The position numbers and the translations under genes are program-made. Under the pieces are notes generated by a model. The model made no database searches. It worked only from the letters and a program-made list of their open reading frames with translations, and was not told the DNA's origin. 64,000 nucleotides of DNA from Arsenophonus sp. NC-TX2-MAG3 (GTDB lineage: Bacteria; Pseudomonadota; Gammaproteobacteria; Enterobacterales; Enterobacteriaceae), in assembly GCA_052174495.1 (NCBI GenBank), contig JBQMRR010000044.1, positions 56,425-120,424 on the forward strand, in the 5' to 3' direction. Positions 24,230-33,713 of this stretch are shown here, piece after piece; the stretch's first letter is position 1; each line of letters opens with the position of its first letter.

Positions 24230-26511
24230 TTCAAATTGAATACCTACAATTTATTTCAAAAGTTTATTGGAAATTCACTACTTTTATCAATAAAAACCTC
24301 ATCTTAAAATTATTTTCATTTATTTTATATTGGGTTTTAGAAATGAGATGATATCTTACTGATTAATTTCGTGAATTATTTCAACAATATAGCTATGATG
24401 TTCCATAAAAAGTCTATCTAGATTTAATCTGCTAAATCAGATATTACCATAATGTATTTCATAAATTATCCATAATTCTACTAGGAAGCTGATAGCACCT
24501 CTGTTGAGAGGTAGCTCAAAACTATGATGCTATAACAAGATACTCAACACCGATTCATCAACAAGGTCTTATGCCGTCGATCGTAATTGTTATTTGCCAT
24601 AATGGACAATATAAACTGCTATTGGCGATATTAAGATTAAAGTTTTCTAATATTAGGAAATCATAGCGGAAACAATACTCTTCAATAGGTTGTTTCATCA
24701 CATTATCTAAAACGTACAAAATTACCGAAGAGTTGCTCTCATGGCTGGGTAGCTGTTAAGGATATCATCCACCTCTGATTTTTACGAAGCTCTAGAGAGA
24801 ATCCTGGTAAAAAGCACATGTTCTTTCTGGAAGCACCTATTAACAGACTAAAACAAAAATGGCTTAAAGAACGTAAGCAATGAGTGCCTGCGTGATTTAA
24901 GCAATACACGCTACTTTTATTTATATTGGCTAAAAGCATAATGCGTTCTGTATCAGGTAAGCTGATACCCTTTGCTTTCGCTAATTATCGATGGCACTGT
25001 ATGAGGGTAGGAGCTCGTTTCGATCGAAGATGGTTATCAAGAGTCAGCAGCGGACTGGGTTTAATTTCTAATAGCTATCTGACAGATAGCTTAATCATAT
25101 CTCTCAAGATTGGTACGAGAAACGGTCCCCTTAGTTTTGAATACAATGATAAAAAATATTTCCAGGAGCATAGCACCAATGTTTTGGGTGCATAAATAGC
25201 TTATGTGCTGATTCCATTCCCAAAAAGTATTCAAGCGAAAATTAAGGTTAAGCTACAGGAAGTCTCTTTAACCAGAGAGCTGTAATGCCTTTGATAAAGC
25301 CCTTGATGTCTTATTGGAAAGGTTTTTATAGAAGTATTCTGCAGCTATGAAGATGTTGAAAAATCAAGAAGAATTACTAGCAGTCTACGACTTCTTATGA
25401 GCGCACTGGACATCATAAGAACGCCGAATCTGATTAAAAACGACTTTTGCAATAATAAAGCTATGAAGCTGACGCATAAAAGCGTTGTGCTTTTGAAAAC
25501 AATCATTTAATGGTATTGAAGCTAAGTTTTTGTCTTCTCAGAAAAGCTAGAACCTTCTAAGTGGATTTTATTTGTTGACCGATTTGATGTAAACAAGGTT
25601 TAATTTAAGGATGGAGAGCAGATTTACGAAGGATTAAAGTGGAGCGTATCTTGCTCCATATATCAGATTTACTAATAATTCTTCTATCTATATTCATTAT
25701 GTCTATCGATCAAGTTATCTTTGTGTTTATTCTATGGGCGAATTAGGGGGTTATCCATAGTTCTCTATAAGTATTGAATTTATCAGCATGCATACTTTTA
25801 GTTATTAACTATTCAATGCAGTTGCATCCAGCGTTATTAGCTTACTTGCTCAGTTTATTATTACAATTTTTATGAGGCTTTGAGGGAGTTAAAATCCAGT
25901 AATACCTAAAAAGGTGTACTTGCTTTCTACCCCCTCAGCTAGCATGATATTTATGTAGCATAAGGAATAATATGTGCTGCATGAGCAATGGTATACTTCT
26001 CTAAAGTATAAGCAGTATTAATGGAAATAACTAGATTTTAAAACTATAGATAATACATAAGTGCTAAACTATCATATTGATGATAGTTGAATGAACAAAA
26101 AAGGACTTATCTGACACTTAACCATTACTCAGTAATGCATCACAGTTTTTTTAGATTAAGCCTAATCTGTTAATGCTAGAAATAAATTATTGTGCAACAC
26201 AATCTATATTTTTTCTGTAATTTATGCCTTAATCTTTAATAGCTTATTTACCAAAAGCAAGCTATTTTGGATAAAAATTCATCTTACGATATTGTTTTTA
26301 ACAGAAATACGATAATAATCATGATTAAAGTTTTTAATTGAATTAGTGAATTTATTTATATAGTTTTCAGTATTTAAATCAGTATTAAAATGCTTAACAA
26401 GGCTGATCCGATTCTATCAAGAACACATCTAATATTTTAAGTTGATTGAACTTAAAATGTTCACAGGAAATAATATTTAAGTCCAATTATAATTACTCGA
26501 CGTCTAGACAT
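24230..26511 (-). pseudogene. fabF: Beta-ketoacyl-ACP synthase II FabF pseudogene, interrupted by IS256 copy 4
   Basis: RBS GAGGA with ATG at 26511 reading MSRRRVIIIGL (cf. MSKRRVVVTGL); later fragments QISPF..STIINM and ISINTAYT..IAHAAHII (cf. KISPFFVPSTIVNM, ISIATACT..IGHAARII); many stops; located between acpP and pabC. Confidence 0.9.
24421..25681 (+). mobile_element. Degenerate IS256-family element (copy 4) inside fabF
   Basis: Right end CATATATCAGATTTACTAATAATTC; perfect flanking repeat TCTATCTA at 24413-24420 and 25683-25690; FKDGE tail. Confidence 0.9.
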
Positions 26512-26541
26512 TTATATCCTCAAGAAAAAAATAATTTTCAG

Positions 26542-26572
26542 TAAAAATATAGACGGTCGATCGAGACCGCCT
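26542..26572 (-). terminator. Probable intrinsic terminator after acpP
   Basis: Minus strand AGGCGGTC-TCGATC-GACCGTCT hairpin followed by ATATTTTT, about 40 nt after the acpP stop. Confidence 0.7.
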
Positions 26573-26612
26573 GAATATGTGCATAAAAGCTTTCTATGAT
26601 TAAATTTGCGTC

Positions 26613-26876
26613 TTATGATCTGTGGCTATGAATATAATCAATAGCTGCTTTAACTGTTGTGATTTTTTCCGCTTCTTCATCAGGAATTTCGGTATCAAAC
26701 TCTTCTTCTAATGCCATTACTAATTCAACAGTATCAAGAGAATCGGCACCTAAATCTTCAACAAATGAAGCATTATTTATAACTTCATCTTCTTTAACAC
26801 CTAACTGTTCCGCAATTATTTTCTTAATACGGTCTTCAATATTGTTGCTCTCAACACCTTGGTCTTTAGTGTTCAT
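26613..26876 (-). CDS. acpP: Acyl carrier protein with a 9-residue N-terminal insertion
   Basis: [19 protein letters not shown] phosphopantetheine site; RBS AGGAA before the ATG at 26876. Confidence 0.98.
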   Translation of the reverse strand: MNTKDQGVESNNIEDRIKKIIAEQLGVKEDEVINNASFVEDLGADSLDTVELVMALEEEFDTEIPDEEAEKITTVKAAIDYIHSHRS

Positions 26877-26945
26877 ACTATTTAATTCCTATTAAAACTC
26901 GCTTTCACGATGGTTTTCGTAGTTTAGATACAGGAAAGCACAACC
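26877..26945 (-). promoter_or_regulatory. acpP leader and probable promoter
   Basis: Minus strand TAAACT (candidate -10) followed by ACGAAAACCATCGTGAAAGCGAGTTTTAATAGGAA, similar to the enterobacterial acpP 5' region as I recall it; no clear -35. Confidence 0.45.
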
Positions 26946-27023
26946 GGAATCCTGGCTATTCGAACCTAATTTCGCATTATTAATGCTATTTTAGCATTAA
27001 CTATGCAAATGATTCATTAGTTT

Positions 27024-27758
27024 TTAACTCATATACATGCCACCATTGACATGTAATGTTTCACCTGTGATGTAAGATGCTTTATCAGAAGCTAAAAATG
27101 CTACAGCACTGGCAATTTCTTTTACATCACCGAGCCGCCCCATAGGAACACTGGCTAAAATGCCTGCTTGCTGTTCATCTGTCAACGCTCTAGTCATATC
27201 GGTTTCTATGAAACCAGGTGAAACAACATTTACCGTAATACCACGGGTAGCTACTTCACGCGCTAAGGATTTACTAAAAGCGACAATACCTGCTTTAGCT
27301 GCTGCATAATTCGCCTGTCCAGCATTACCTAATGTACCGGCCACTGAACCAATAGAAATAATGCGACCATAACGTTTTTTTATCATTGAACGCATTATAG
27401 CTTTGGATAGACTAAAGATCGAAGTTAAGTTCGTATCAATAACCCTGTTCCAGTTTTCTTTTTTCATTCGCAGCAATAGATTATCACTGGTAATACCTGC
27501 ATTATTAACTAAAATATCAATTTCACCAAATTCTTCACGAACTTTAGATATAGTACTATTAATAGATTCAGTGTCTGTTACATTCAAGATATAACCTTTT
27601 CCTTTATCACCAAGGTAGTTACTAATCGTCTCGGTAGCTTCTTTGTTTGTAGCAGTAGCAATTACTTTTGCACCATGTTCAGCCAGTAGTTCAGCTATTG
27701 ATCGCCCGATACCACGGCTTCCCCCAGTCACTAAGGCTATTTTTCCATCAAAACTCAT
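27024..27758 (-). CDS. fabG: 3-oxoacyl-ACP reductase
   Basis: TGGSRGIG, NNAGIT, YAAAK; likely start is the ATG at 27758. Confidence 0.97.
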   Translation of the reverse strand: MSFDGKIALVTGGSRGIGRSIAELLAEHGAKVIATATNKEATETISNYLGDKGKGYILNVTDTESINSTISKVREEFGEIDILVNNAGITSDNLLLRMKKENWNRVIDTNLTSIFSLSKAIMRSMIKKRYGRIISIGSVAGTLGNAGQANYAAAKAGIVAFSKSLAREVATRGITVNVVSPGFIETDMTRALTDEQQAGILASVPMGRLGDVKEIASAVAFLASDKASYITGETLHVNGGMYMS

Positions 27759-27766
27759 GTTTCCCC

Positions 27767-28699
27767 TCAATTATTTATAAACGCAGCGTTTAATGATGCT
27801 GTATCATTAATTGCCACTGAATTAATCGTGCTTACAATATGCTTAGTTAAACCAGTTAATATTTTACCTGGCCCTATTTCTAATACTTGCACGATTCCGT
27901 GTTCAGCCATGAATTCAATAGTTTCAAGCCAGCGTACAGGATTATACAGCTGCCTAACTAAAGCATGACGAATGCCTTCTACCGAATTTTCAATTTTAAC
28001 ATCAACATTATTTACAATAGGGATGTTAGGTTTATTAAATACAATTTCTTCTAATGCTTCTGCTAGTTTTTTTGCTGTGGGTTGCATTAATACGCAATGT
28101 GAAGGTGCACTGATAGCTAACGGTAAAGTACGTTTTGCACCAGCAGCCTTACATAAGGCTACCGCTCTTTTAACAGCGCTTTTTTCACCTGCAATAACAA
28201 TCTGCCCAGGCGAATTAAAATTAACTGCAGAAACTACTTGGTCTTGACTAGCTTGTTGACATGATGCTAATATTGATTCATTATCTAAACCAATAATTAC
28301 ATACATAGCACCCATTCCTATCGGCACAGCTTCTTGCATTAATCGCCCACGTAGCTCTACTAATTTAACAGCGGATTTAAAATCAATGACATCAGCACAG
28401 ACTAATGCAGAATATTCACCTAAGCTATGGCCTGCCATTAGTGTAGGCATTTTGCCTTTTTTTTTCTGCCATACTCGAAAAATTGCTACAGATGCGGATA
28501 AAAGTGCTGGCTGTGTTTTCCAAGTTTTATTTAATTCTTCTTCTGAGCCATTTTGTATTAAATCCCATAAATCATATTCTAAGATATTAGAAGATTCAGC
28601 AAATGTTTCCTCTACTACTGTAAACTCTTTTGCTAGATTAGCTAACATGCCCAGAGATTGAGAACCTTGGCCAGGAAAGATCATTGCAAAATTAGACAT
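27767..28699 (-). CDS. fabD: Malonyl-CoA:ACP transacylase
   Basis: FPGQGSQ, GHSLGEY, SAPSHC; likely start is the ATG at 28699 (MSNFAMIF). Confidence 0.97.
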   Translation of the reverse strand: MSNFAMIFPGQGSQSLGMLANLAKEFTVVEETFAESSNILEYDLWDLIQNGSEEELNKTWKTQPALLSASVAIFRVWQKKKGKMPTLMAGHSLGEYSALVCADVIDFKSAVKLVELRGRLMQEAVPIGMGAMYVIIGLDNESILASCQQASQDQVVSAVNFNSPGQIVIAGEKSAVKRAVALCKAAGAKRTLPLAISAPSHCVLMQPTAKKLAEALEEIVFNKPNIPIVNNVDVKIENSVEGIRHALVRQLYNPVRWLETIEFMAEHGIVQVLEIGPGKILTGLTKHIVSTINSVAINDTASLNAAFINN

Positions 28700-28718
28700 T
28701 TTATTTTCCTTTTTTAAT

Positions 28719-29672
28719 TTAAAAACGCAGGAGGGCTGAACCCCAAGTAAAACCGCCACCAAACGCCTCAAGCAATACTATTTGCCCCCTCTGTATACGG
28801 CCATCTCTGACTGCTTCATCAAACGCTGTTGGCACTGAAGCTGCTGAAGTATTACCGTGTCTATCTAGAGTAATGATAACTTTATGCATTGGCATATCCA
28901 GTTTCTTTGCAGTTGCTTGAATAATTCGTAAATTAGCTTGATGAGGGACTAACCAATCTAATTCTGATTTATTTAGTGCATTTTTTTCTAATGTTTCATC
29001 TACAATATTAGCTAATTCTTTCACTGCGATCTTAAAAACCTCATTACCTGCCATTATTACATAAGTTGGCTCTGAGAATTTACTATGTTCTTGATGCCGT
29101 AAAGTTAATAAATCACTATAATTGCCATTGGCATGTAAATGGGTTGACAAAATCCCTGGTTCTTGTGAACAACCGACAACGATTGCACCTGCTGCATCAC
29201 CAAATAAAATAAGTGTACTACGATCATTAGGATCTAATACTTTAGATAATACATCAGAACCAATAATTAATGCCTTCTTCGCCATCCCTGTTCTAATAAA
29301 CTGATCACTAATACTTATTGCATAAGTGAAGCCAGCACATGCAGCAGCAATATCAAATGCAGCACAGTTTTCAATGCCTAATAATTGCTGAATTTGGCAT
29401 GCTGCACTAGGAAAAGCATGAGTCGAAGAAGTCGTTGCTACAACGATTAAATGAATCTCATTAGCTGCGATACCAGCCATTGCTAATGCTTTTTCCGCAG
29501 CGTTAGCACCCATTGTAGATACGTTATCTTCTCCTGTTGCAATGCGACGTTCTTTAATTCCTGTTCGAGTGGTTATCCATTCATCAGAAGTATCTACCAT
29601 TTTTTCTAAATCAGCATTCGTACGAATCTGTAGAGGCAAATAACTGCCAGTACCTAAGATTTTTGTATACAT
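28719..29672 (-). CDS. fabH: Beta-ketoacyl-ACP synthase III
   Basis: Cys-His-Asn triad in [21 protein letters not shown]. Confidence 0.98.
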   Translation of the reverse strand: MYTKILGTGSYLPLQIRTNADLEKMVDTSDEWITTRTGIKERRIATGEDNVSTMGANAAEKALAMAGIAANEIHLIVVATTSSTHAFPSAACQIQQLLGIENCAAFDIAAACAGFTYAISISDQFIRTGMAKKALIIGSDVLSKVLDPNDRSTLILFGDAAGAIVVGCSQEPGILSTHLHANGNYSDLLTLRHQEHSKFSEPTYVIMAGNEVFKIAVKELANIVDETLEKNALNKSELDWLVPHQANLRIIQATAKKLDMPMHKVIITLDRHGNTSAASVPTAFDEAVRDGRIQRGQIVLLEAFGGGFTWGSALLRF

Positions 29673-29678
29673 TTTGCT

Positions 29679-30716
29679 TTAATCACTCTTTGGTAGTAAA
29701 GTATTCAAGCGATTTGCAATTCTATCAGGAATTTGCTTTTCTATTGCCTGAATTGCCTGTTCAATTGCAGCTTTAAATGCTTTTTGATTTGCCGCTCCAT
29801 GACTTTTAATTACAATACCTTGTAATCCTAAAAGTGAAGCACCATTATATTGATCTGGATCCAGGTGGCCAAAACGTTTTAAAATACGGTTCTGTAACCA
29901 CGGTTTAATTAACTTCATTATCCAGTATGAGATCTTATTTTCTGTAATTGAAGGGTTCATTAAAGATAGAATAACGCGTATCACACCTTCCATTGTTTTC
30001 AATGTTACATTACCGGTAAAGCCGTCACAAACAAATACGTCAGTTTTACCAGTCAATAACTCATTACTTTCTATGTAACCAATATAATTAATAGAAGATG
30101 TTTCTTTTAATATTGAGGCGGCTTCGCGGATATTATCTAACCCTTTACTTTCTTCTTCCCCAATATTCAATAAAGCTACTCGTGGATTGCTTATATTAAT
30201 AAGTTCTTCAGCCATTACTGCTCCCATTAGGGCAAATTGTACTAGCATTTGACTATCGCAGTTAACATTAGCACCTAAATCAAGTACAATGGTTTTACCA
30301 TGTTTTTGATTTGGCAAAATCGCTGTCAATGCTGGTCTTTCAATACCATTTATTGTTTTTAATATGAGTTTTGCTAATCCCATAAGTACACCAGTATTTC
30401 CAGCGCTAATACATGCTTGAGCCTGACCAGATTTCACTAATTCTAAAGCAATTCGCATGGATGAGCCTTTACTTTGCCTAATTCCTTCTAATGGCTTGAT
30501 ATTATCAGCAATAGCATACTCAGCAGGAATAATTTGTAAATGATTACGTAGTTCAGTACGCTGAACTGAAAGCAATGGGTTTAAAATTTCGGGAATACCA
30601 ACAAGCAATAATCTTAATTGTGGATTAGAAATTAGTACTTGCAATGCAGCAGGCACAATAATACGAGGACCATTATCCCCACACATTGCATCTAATGCTA
30701 AGATTAAATTAGCCAA
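29679..30716 (-). CDS. plsX: Phosphate acyltransferase PlsX
   Basis: [36 protein letters not shown]. Confidence 0.97.
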   Translation of the reverse strand: MANLILALDAMCGDNGPRIIVPAALQVLISNPQLRLLLVGIPEILNPLLSVQRTELRNHLQIIPAEYAIADNIKPLEGIRQSKGSSMRIALELVKSGQAQACISAGNTGVLMGLAKLILKTINGIERPALTAILPNQKHGKTIVLDLGANVNCDSQMLVQFALMGAVMAEELINISNPRVALLNIGEEESKGLDNIREAASILKETSSINYIGYIESNELLTGKTDVFVCDGFTGNVTLKTMEGVIRVILSLMNPSITENKISYWIMKLIKPWLQNRILKRFGHLDPDQYNGASLLGLQGIVIKSHGAANQKAFKAAIEQAIQAIEKQIPDRIANRLNTLLPKSD

Positions 30717-30748
30717 GGCATTAATTTATTTAATAATTAAAAGGATAA

Positions 30749-30919
30749 CTATTTATTAATAACCTTACGGCCACAATAATAACCATTAGTAGTCACATGA
30801 TGACGCAAATGGGTTTCACCAGAGGTTTTATCTACTGAGACTTCGGAAATTTTTAATGCATCATGTAAGCGACGCATACCTCGTTTAGAACGAGTGGGTT
30901 TATTTTGTTGTACAGCCAT
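30749..30919 (-). CDS. rpmF: 50S ribosomal protein L32
   Basis: 56 aa, below the ORF-track cutoff: [56 protein letters not shown]. Confidence 0.97.
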   Translation of the reverse strand: MAVQQNKPTRSKRGMRRLHDALKISEVSVDKTSGETHLRHHVTTNGYYCGRKVINK

Positions 30920-30934
30920 TGACCTTACTCCTTA

Positions 30935-31470
30935 AAGTACCTTTTAAACTAGCTAATTTGGAAAATAGATTTGATTTTCTGCTTTCGTTAGGCAACTTAT
31001 AAAAAAGCATATCTGATTAGAACACACTTTACAGTGTTAAAAGTTATTAACCGTAATGATCGACAAAAAGAGAATTATTTCATTTTCAATTATTACTAGC
31101 AAATCTATTTTGCAAATTGATCATTTAGTTATTTAGTTATATTCTTCAGATAACAAGGGAATCTTCTCATCATTAATAACAGAATTAAAATAATAGGTTA
31201 TATGAACCTGGTGATTAAATTTTTTATAACGTTCATATTTTAATATGACATCGACATCAGAATTACCTTTTAATTAGTAAATGTTGATTATCTATTTAAA
31301 TGATAATTAAATAGTTATATCAGTAACTATACTTACTACTTACTACTGAACTACTGATTTTATGATAGGCAAATCCTTTTCAAGTAAAAAGCATCCTAAA
31401 TAATTTATTTTTCACTAAGATACGCATCTTATCTTTATAATGATAAATAGCCAAAAGAAAGGCTCATTTA
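30935..31470 (-). pseudogene. yceD: YceD (DUF177, 23S rRNA accumulation protein) pseudogene
   Basis: Frameshifted fragments IDNQHL, KFNHQVHITY, IDLLVIIENEIIL, HCKV and KLPNESRKSNLFSKLASLK match YceD IDNQRL / HQVYTTY / IDLLAMVEDEIIL / HCEV / KPNPFAVLASLK; directly upstream of rpmF. Confidence 0.88.
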
Positions 31471-31554
31471 ATTATTATTCACCAATATTCGTTATTTAAT
31501 TTCTATTTAGTTTTAAATGTTTCAGCATATTTCTATATTCCTTTTAAGTATTTT

Positions 31555-32143
31555 ATGAAATCAATTATTTATATTGATATCAATCTTATTTTTACGCTAT
31601 AGCTACTACAAAACCTAAGCTTACCTTTTATTACTAATGTACTGAATAATAGATGAAACTTCTATTAATTAATGGATCTGCAAGTTATCTTGTTATTCGA
31701 TTAGTAATTGAAAATAAAATCATTAGTGACTAAGTATCCTACTTATTTAATAAAAGGTATAGATCAAGTCTGGATCTCTGGCAAATCAAATAATAGAAAG
31801 ACCACTGATTCATGGAAAGGCAACCAAACAATTGAAATAAGCTTTTAACAAAAATATCTTTTATATAGATTACACTTATTTGATAGTAAAACTAAAAATA
31901 CAATGATAAATATAAACTTTTCACTGCTTATTTTGGCATCTAACAATGCAAAAAGTTAAAACTATCTTATTAAAATATCCATATATTAATGTGAATTTCC
32001 TTTATCTTAGAAGAAGTTAGCCATCATGTTATTTGAAAAACTTATTTAAGGGAGGGTCCTCTCTAATTACTTTAATTAGCTTACCTTTAATTAGTTTAAT
32101 TAGTATGTTGTTACGCATTCACGGTAATAACTTTCTCAATTGA
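31555..32143 (+). pseudogene. yceF: Maf-family nucleotide pyrophosphatase YceF pseudogene
   Basis: Fragments IDETS, YPTYLIKGIDQVW, RPLIHGKATKQLK* and TLISLPLISLISML match VDETP / YPDHLIIGSDQVC / KPLTEENARLQL / TLVGLPLIALCQML; located between yceD and rluC. Confidence 0.85.
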
Positions 32144-32213
32144 TTATTTCACTGCATACAAAAAGCAAAGTGTTTTATAATTTAACCTATTTTAATAACT
32201 TATTAGCGATAAA

Positions 32214-33161
32214 TTATTGTTTACGTAATTTTTCCAAACAGCTTTTAAGCTGTTTATCTAAAGGAGCGTTGAAAGTTAATTTTCCCCCACTGGCTGGATG
32301 GGTGAACATTAATGAACTAGCATGCAAAAAAAGCCGTTTTAAACCAGTAATCGTTAACTGTTGATCAAAATTGCGATCGCCATAATAACTATCATACGCA
32401 ATAGGATGCTTTGCATATTGTGCATGTACTCTGATTTGATGTGTTCGTCCTGTTATTGGATTGGCATTAATTAGTGTAGTATTAGAAAAAGATTCTTCAA
32501 TTTTAAAATGGGTTTCTGAATATTTACCATCTATGCTGACTTTAACTATTCGTTTACCACTTTGTAAAACATTTTTTAATAAAAATGACTGAATAACTTT
32601 TATATGGGACGGCCATTGTCCCATTACTAATGCAAGGTACTGTTTTTGCATTTGTTTTAAACGTAACTGTTTATGTAATGCTCTAAGAGTTGAACTTTTT
32701 TTTGCTATCAGTAAAATACCTGATGTTTCGCGATCTAACCTATGGACAAGTTCTAAAAACCGTGCTTTAGGACGTAATGTGCGTAAAGCTTCAATAACGC
32801 CAAAATTTATTCCACTACCACCATGAACAGCCATACCGGAAGGTTTATTCAAAACTAGCAAATGGTTATCTTCGTAAAGTATATAATCTATAAGTTCGGC
32901 TATCTTATTCAATTTAGCCGAAATAATATACTGTTGTTTTTTTGCTAGTCTAACGGGTGGGATCCTAATTAAATCGCTTGTTTGAATTTTATATTCAGGT
33001 TTGATTCTATTACTATTTATTCTTACTTCGCCCTTACGAAGTAACCGATAAATCCTACTCTTAGGAACATCTTTTAAACGTCTCAATAAAAAATTATCAA
33101 TACGTTGGCCTGCTGCATCATTATCGATAGTAATAAACTGAACCTGATTATGTATTTTCAT
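32214..33161 (-). CDS. rluC: 23S rRNA pseudouridine synthase RluC
   Basis: S4 domain GQRIDNFL, NKPSGMAVHGGSG, catalytic HRLDRETSG, TGRTHQIRVH. Confidence 0.97.
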   Translation of the reverse strand: MKIHNQVQFITIDNDAAGQRIDNFLLRRLKDVPKSRIYRLLRKGEVRINSNRIKPEYKIQTSDLIRIPPVRLAKKQQYIISAKLNKIAELIDYILYEDNHLLVLNKPSGMAVHGGSGINFGVIEALRTLRPKARFLELVHRLDRETSGILLIAKKSSTLRALHKQLRLKQMQKQYLALVMGQWPSHIKVIQSFLLKNVLQSGKRIVKVSIDGKYSETHFKIEESFSNTTLINANPITGRTHQIRVHAQYAKHPIAYDSYYGDRNFDQQLTITGLKRLFLHASSLMFTHPASGGKLTFNAPLDKQLKSCLEKLRKQ

Positions 33162-33319
33162 TATATAATTATAATATGTTGTTAATATTTAAATTTGTTA
33201 ACGATTTTAATCGAATATTTATGATATCTTGTTTTAACTTTTTACCTTTATCAATTCCTATCTTAAATGCATTTTTCATATTTTTCCCTATAAAAACGCA
33301 ATAAACAGTAAAAGTTATC

Positions 33320-33713
33320 TTGATATCTGCCCATAAGCAATGGAATAATGAATAGTTAGCATAATGCTTATTAAAATAAGCGTTACTATAATTTAAGATT
33401 GATCTATTTGTGAAGAGACAAAAACGCAGAAATAGTGTAAGACGAGACGGTGTGTAAAATTAAAAATAAATTATTTAATTGTGAAAAAGTTTACTGGATT
33501 AGCTAATCTTATACATTGAAAAAATAAATTTAGAAACAATTCTAATTTAAGAATGCAGTGTTTTATTTAAACATAGCTTAACAAAAATTGCCTTTTAATA
33601 CAAACCGACAACTGTGAAGTTGTCGATTATGTAAAAAGTTATGAAACCATCCGGTTAACAGTAACTATTTTTAGTCGCAACTTTTCTGACTTAGTAGAAA
33701 ATGAGTATTTATA
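33320..33713 (+). promoter_or_regulatory. rne promoter and long structured 5' UTR
   Basis: TTGATA (33320) / 18 nt / TGG-AATAAT extended -10 (33341-33349) implies a leader of about 360 nt, as in E. coli rne; perfect hairpin CGACAACT-GTGA-AGTTGTCG at 33606-33625. Confidence 0.6.

Noticed and set aside
16981-25195. Short ORFs 16981-17232, 17666-17935, 24739-24939 and 24926-25195
   Set aside because: All lie within decayed IS256 copies, in shadow or antisense frames, with no RBS support; the same applies to 2086-2280, 42784-42969, 49522-49710 and (IS91) 15977-16165.
28700-28771. N-terminal extensions of fabD, fabG, lolD and the MATE gene in the ORF track
   Set aside because: Artefacts of choosing the furthest upstream start; downstream ATGs fit family length and operon spacing.
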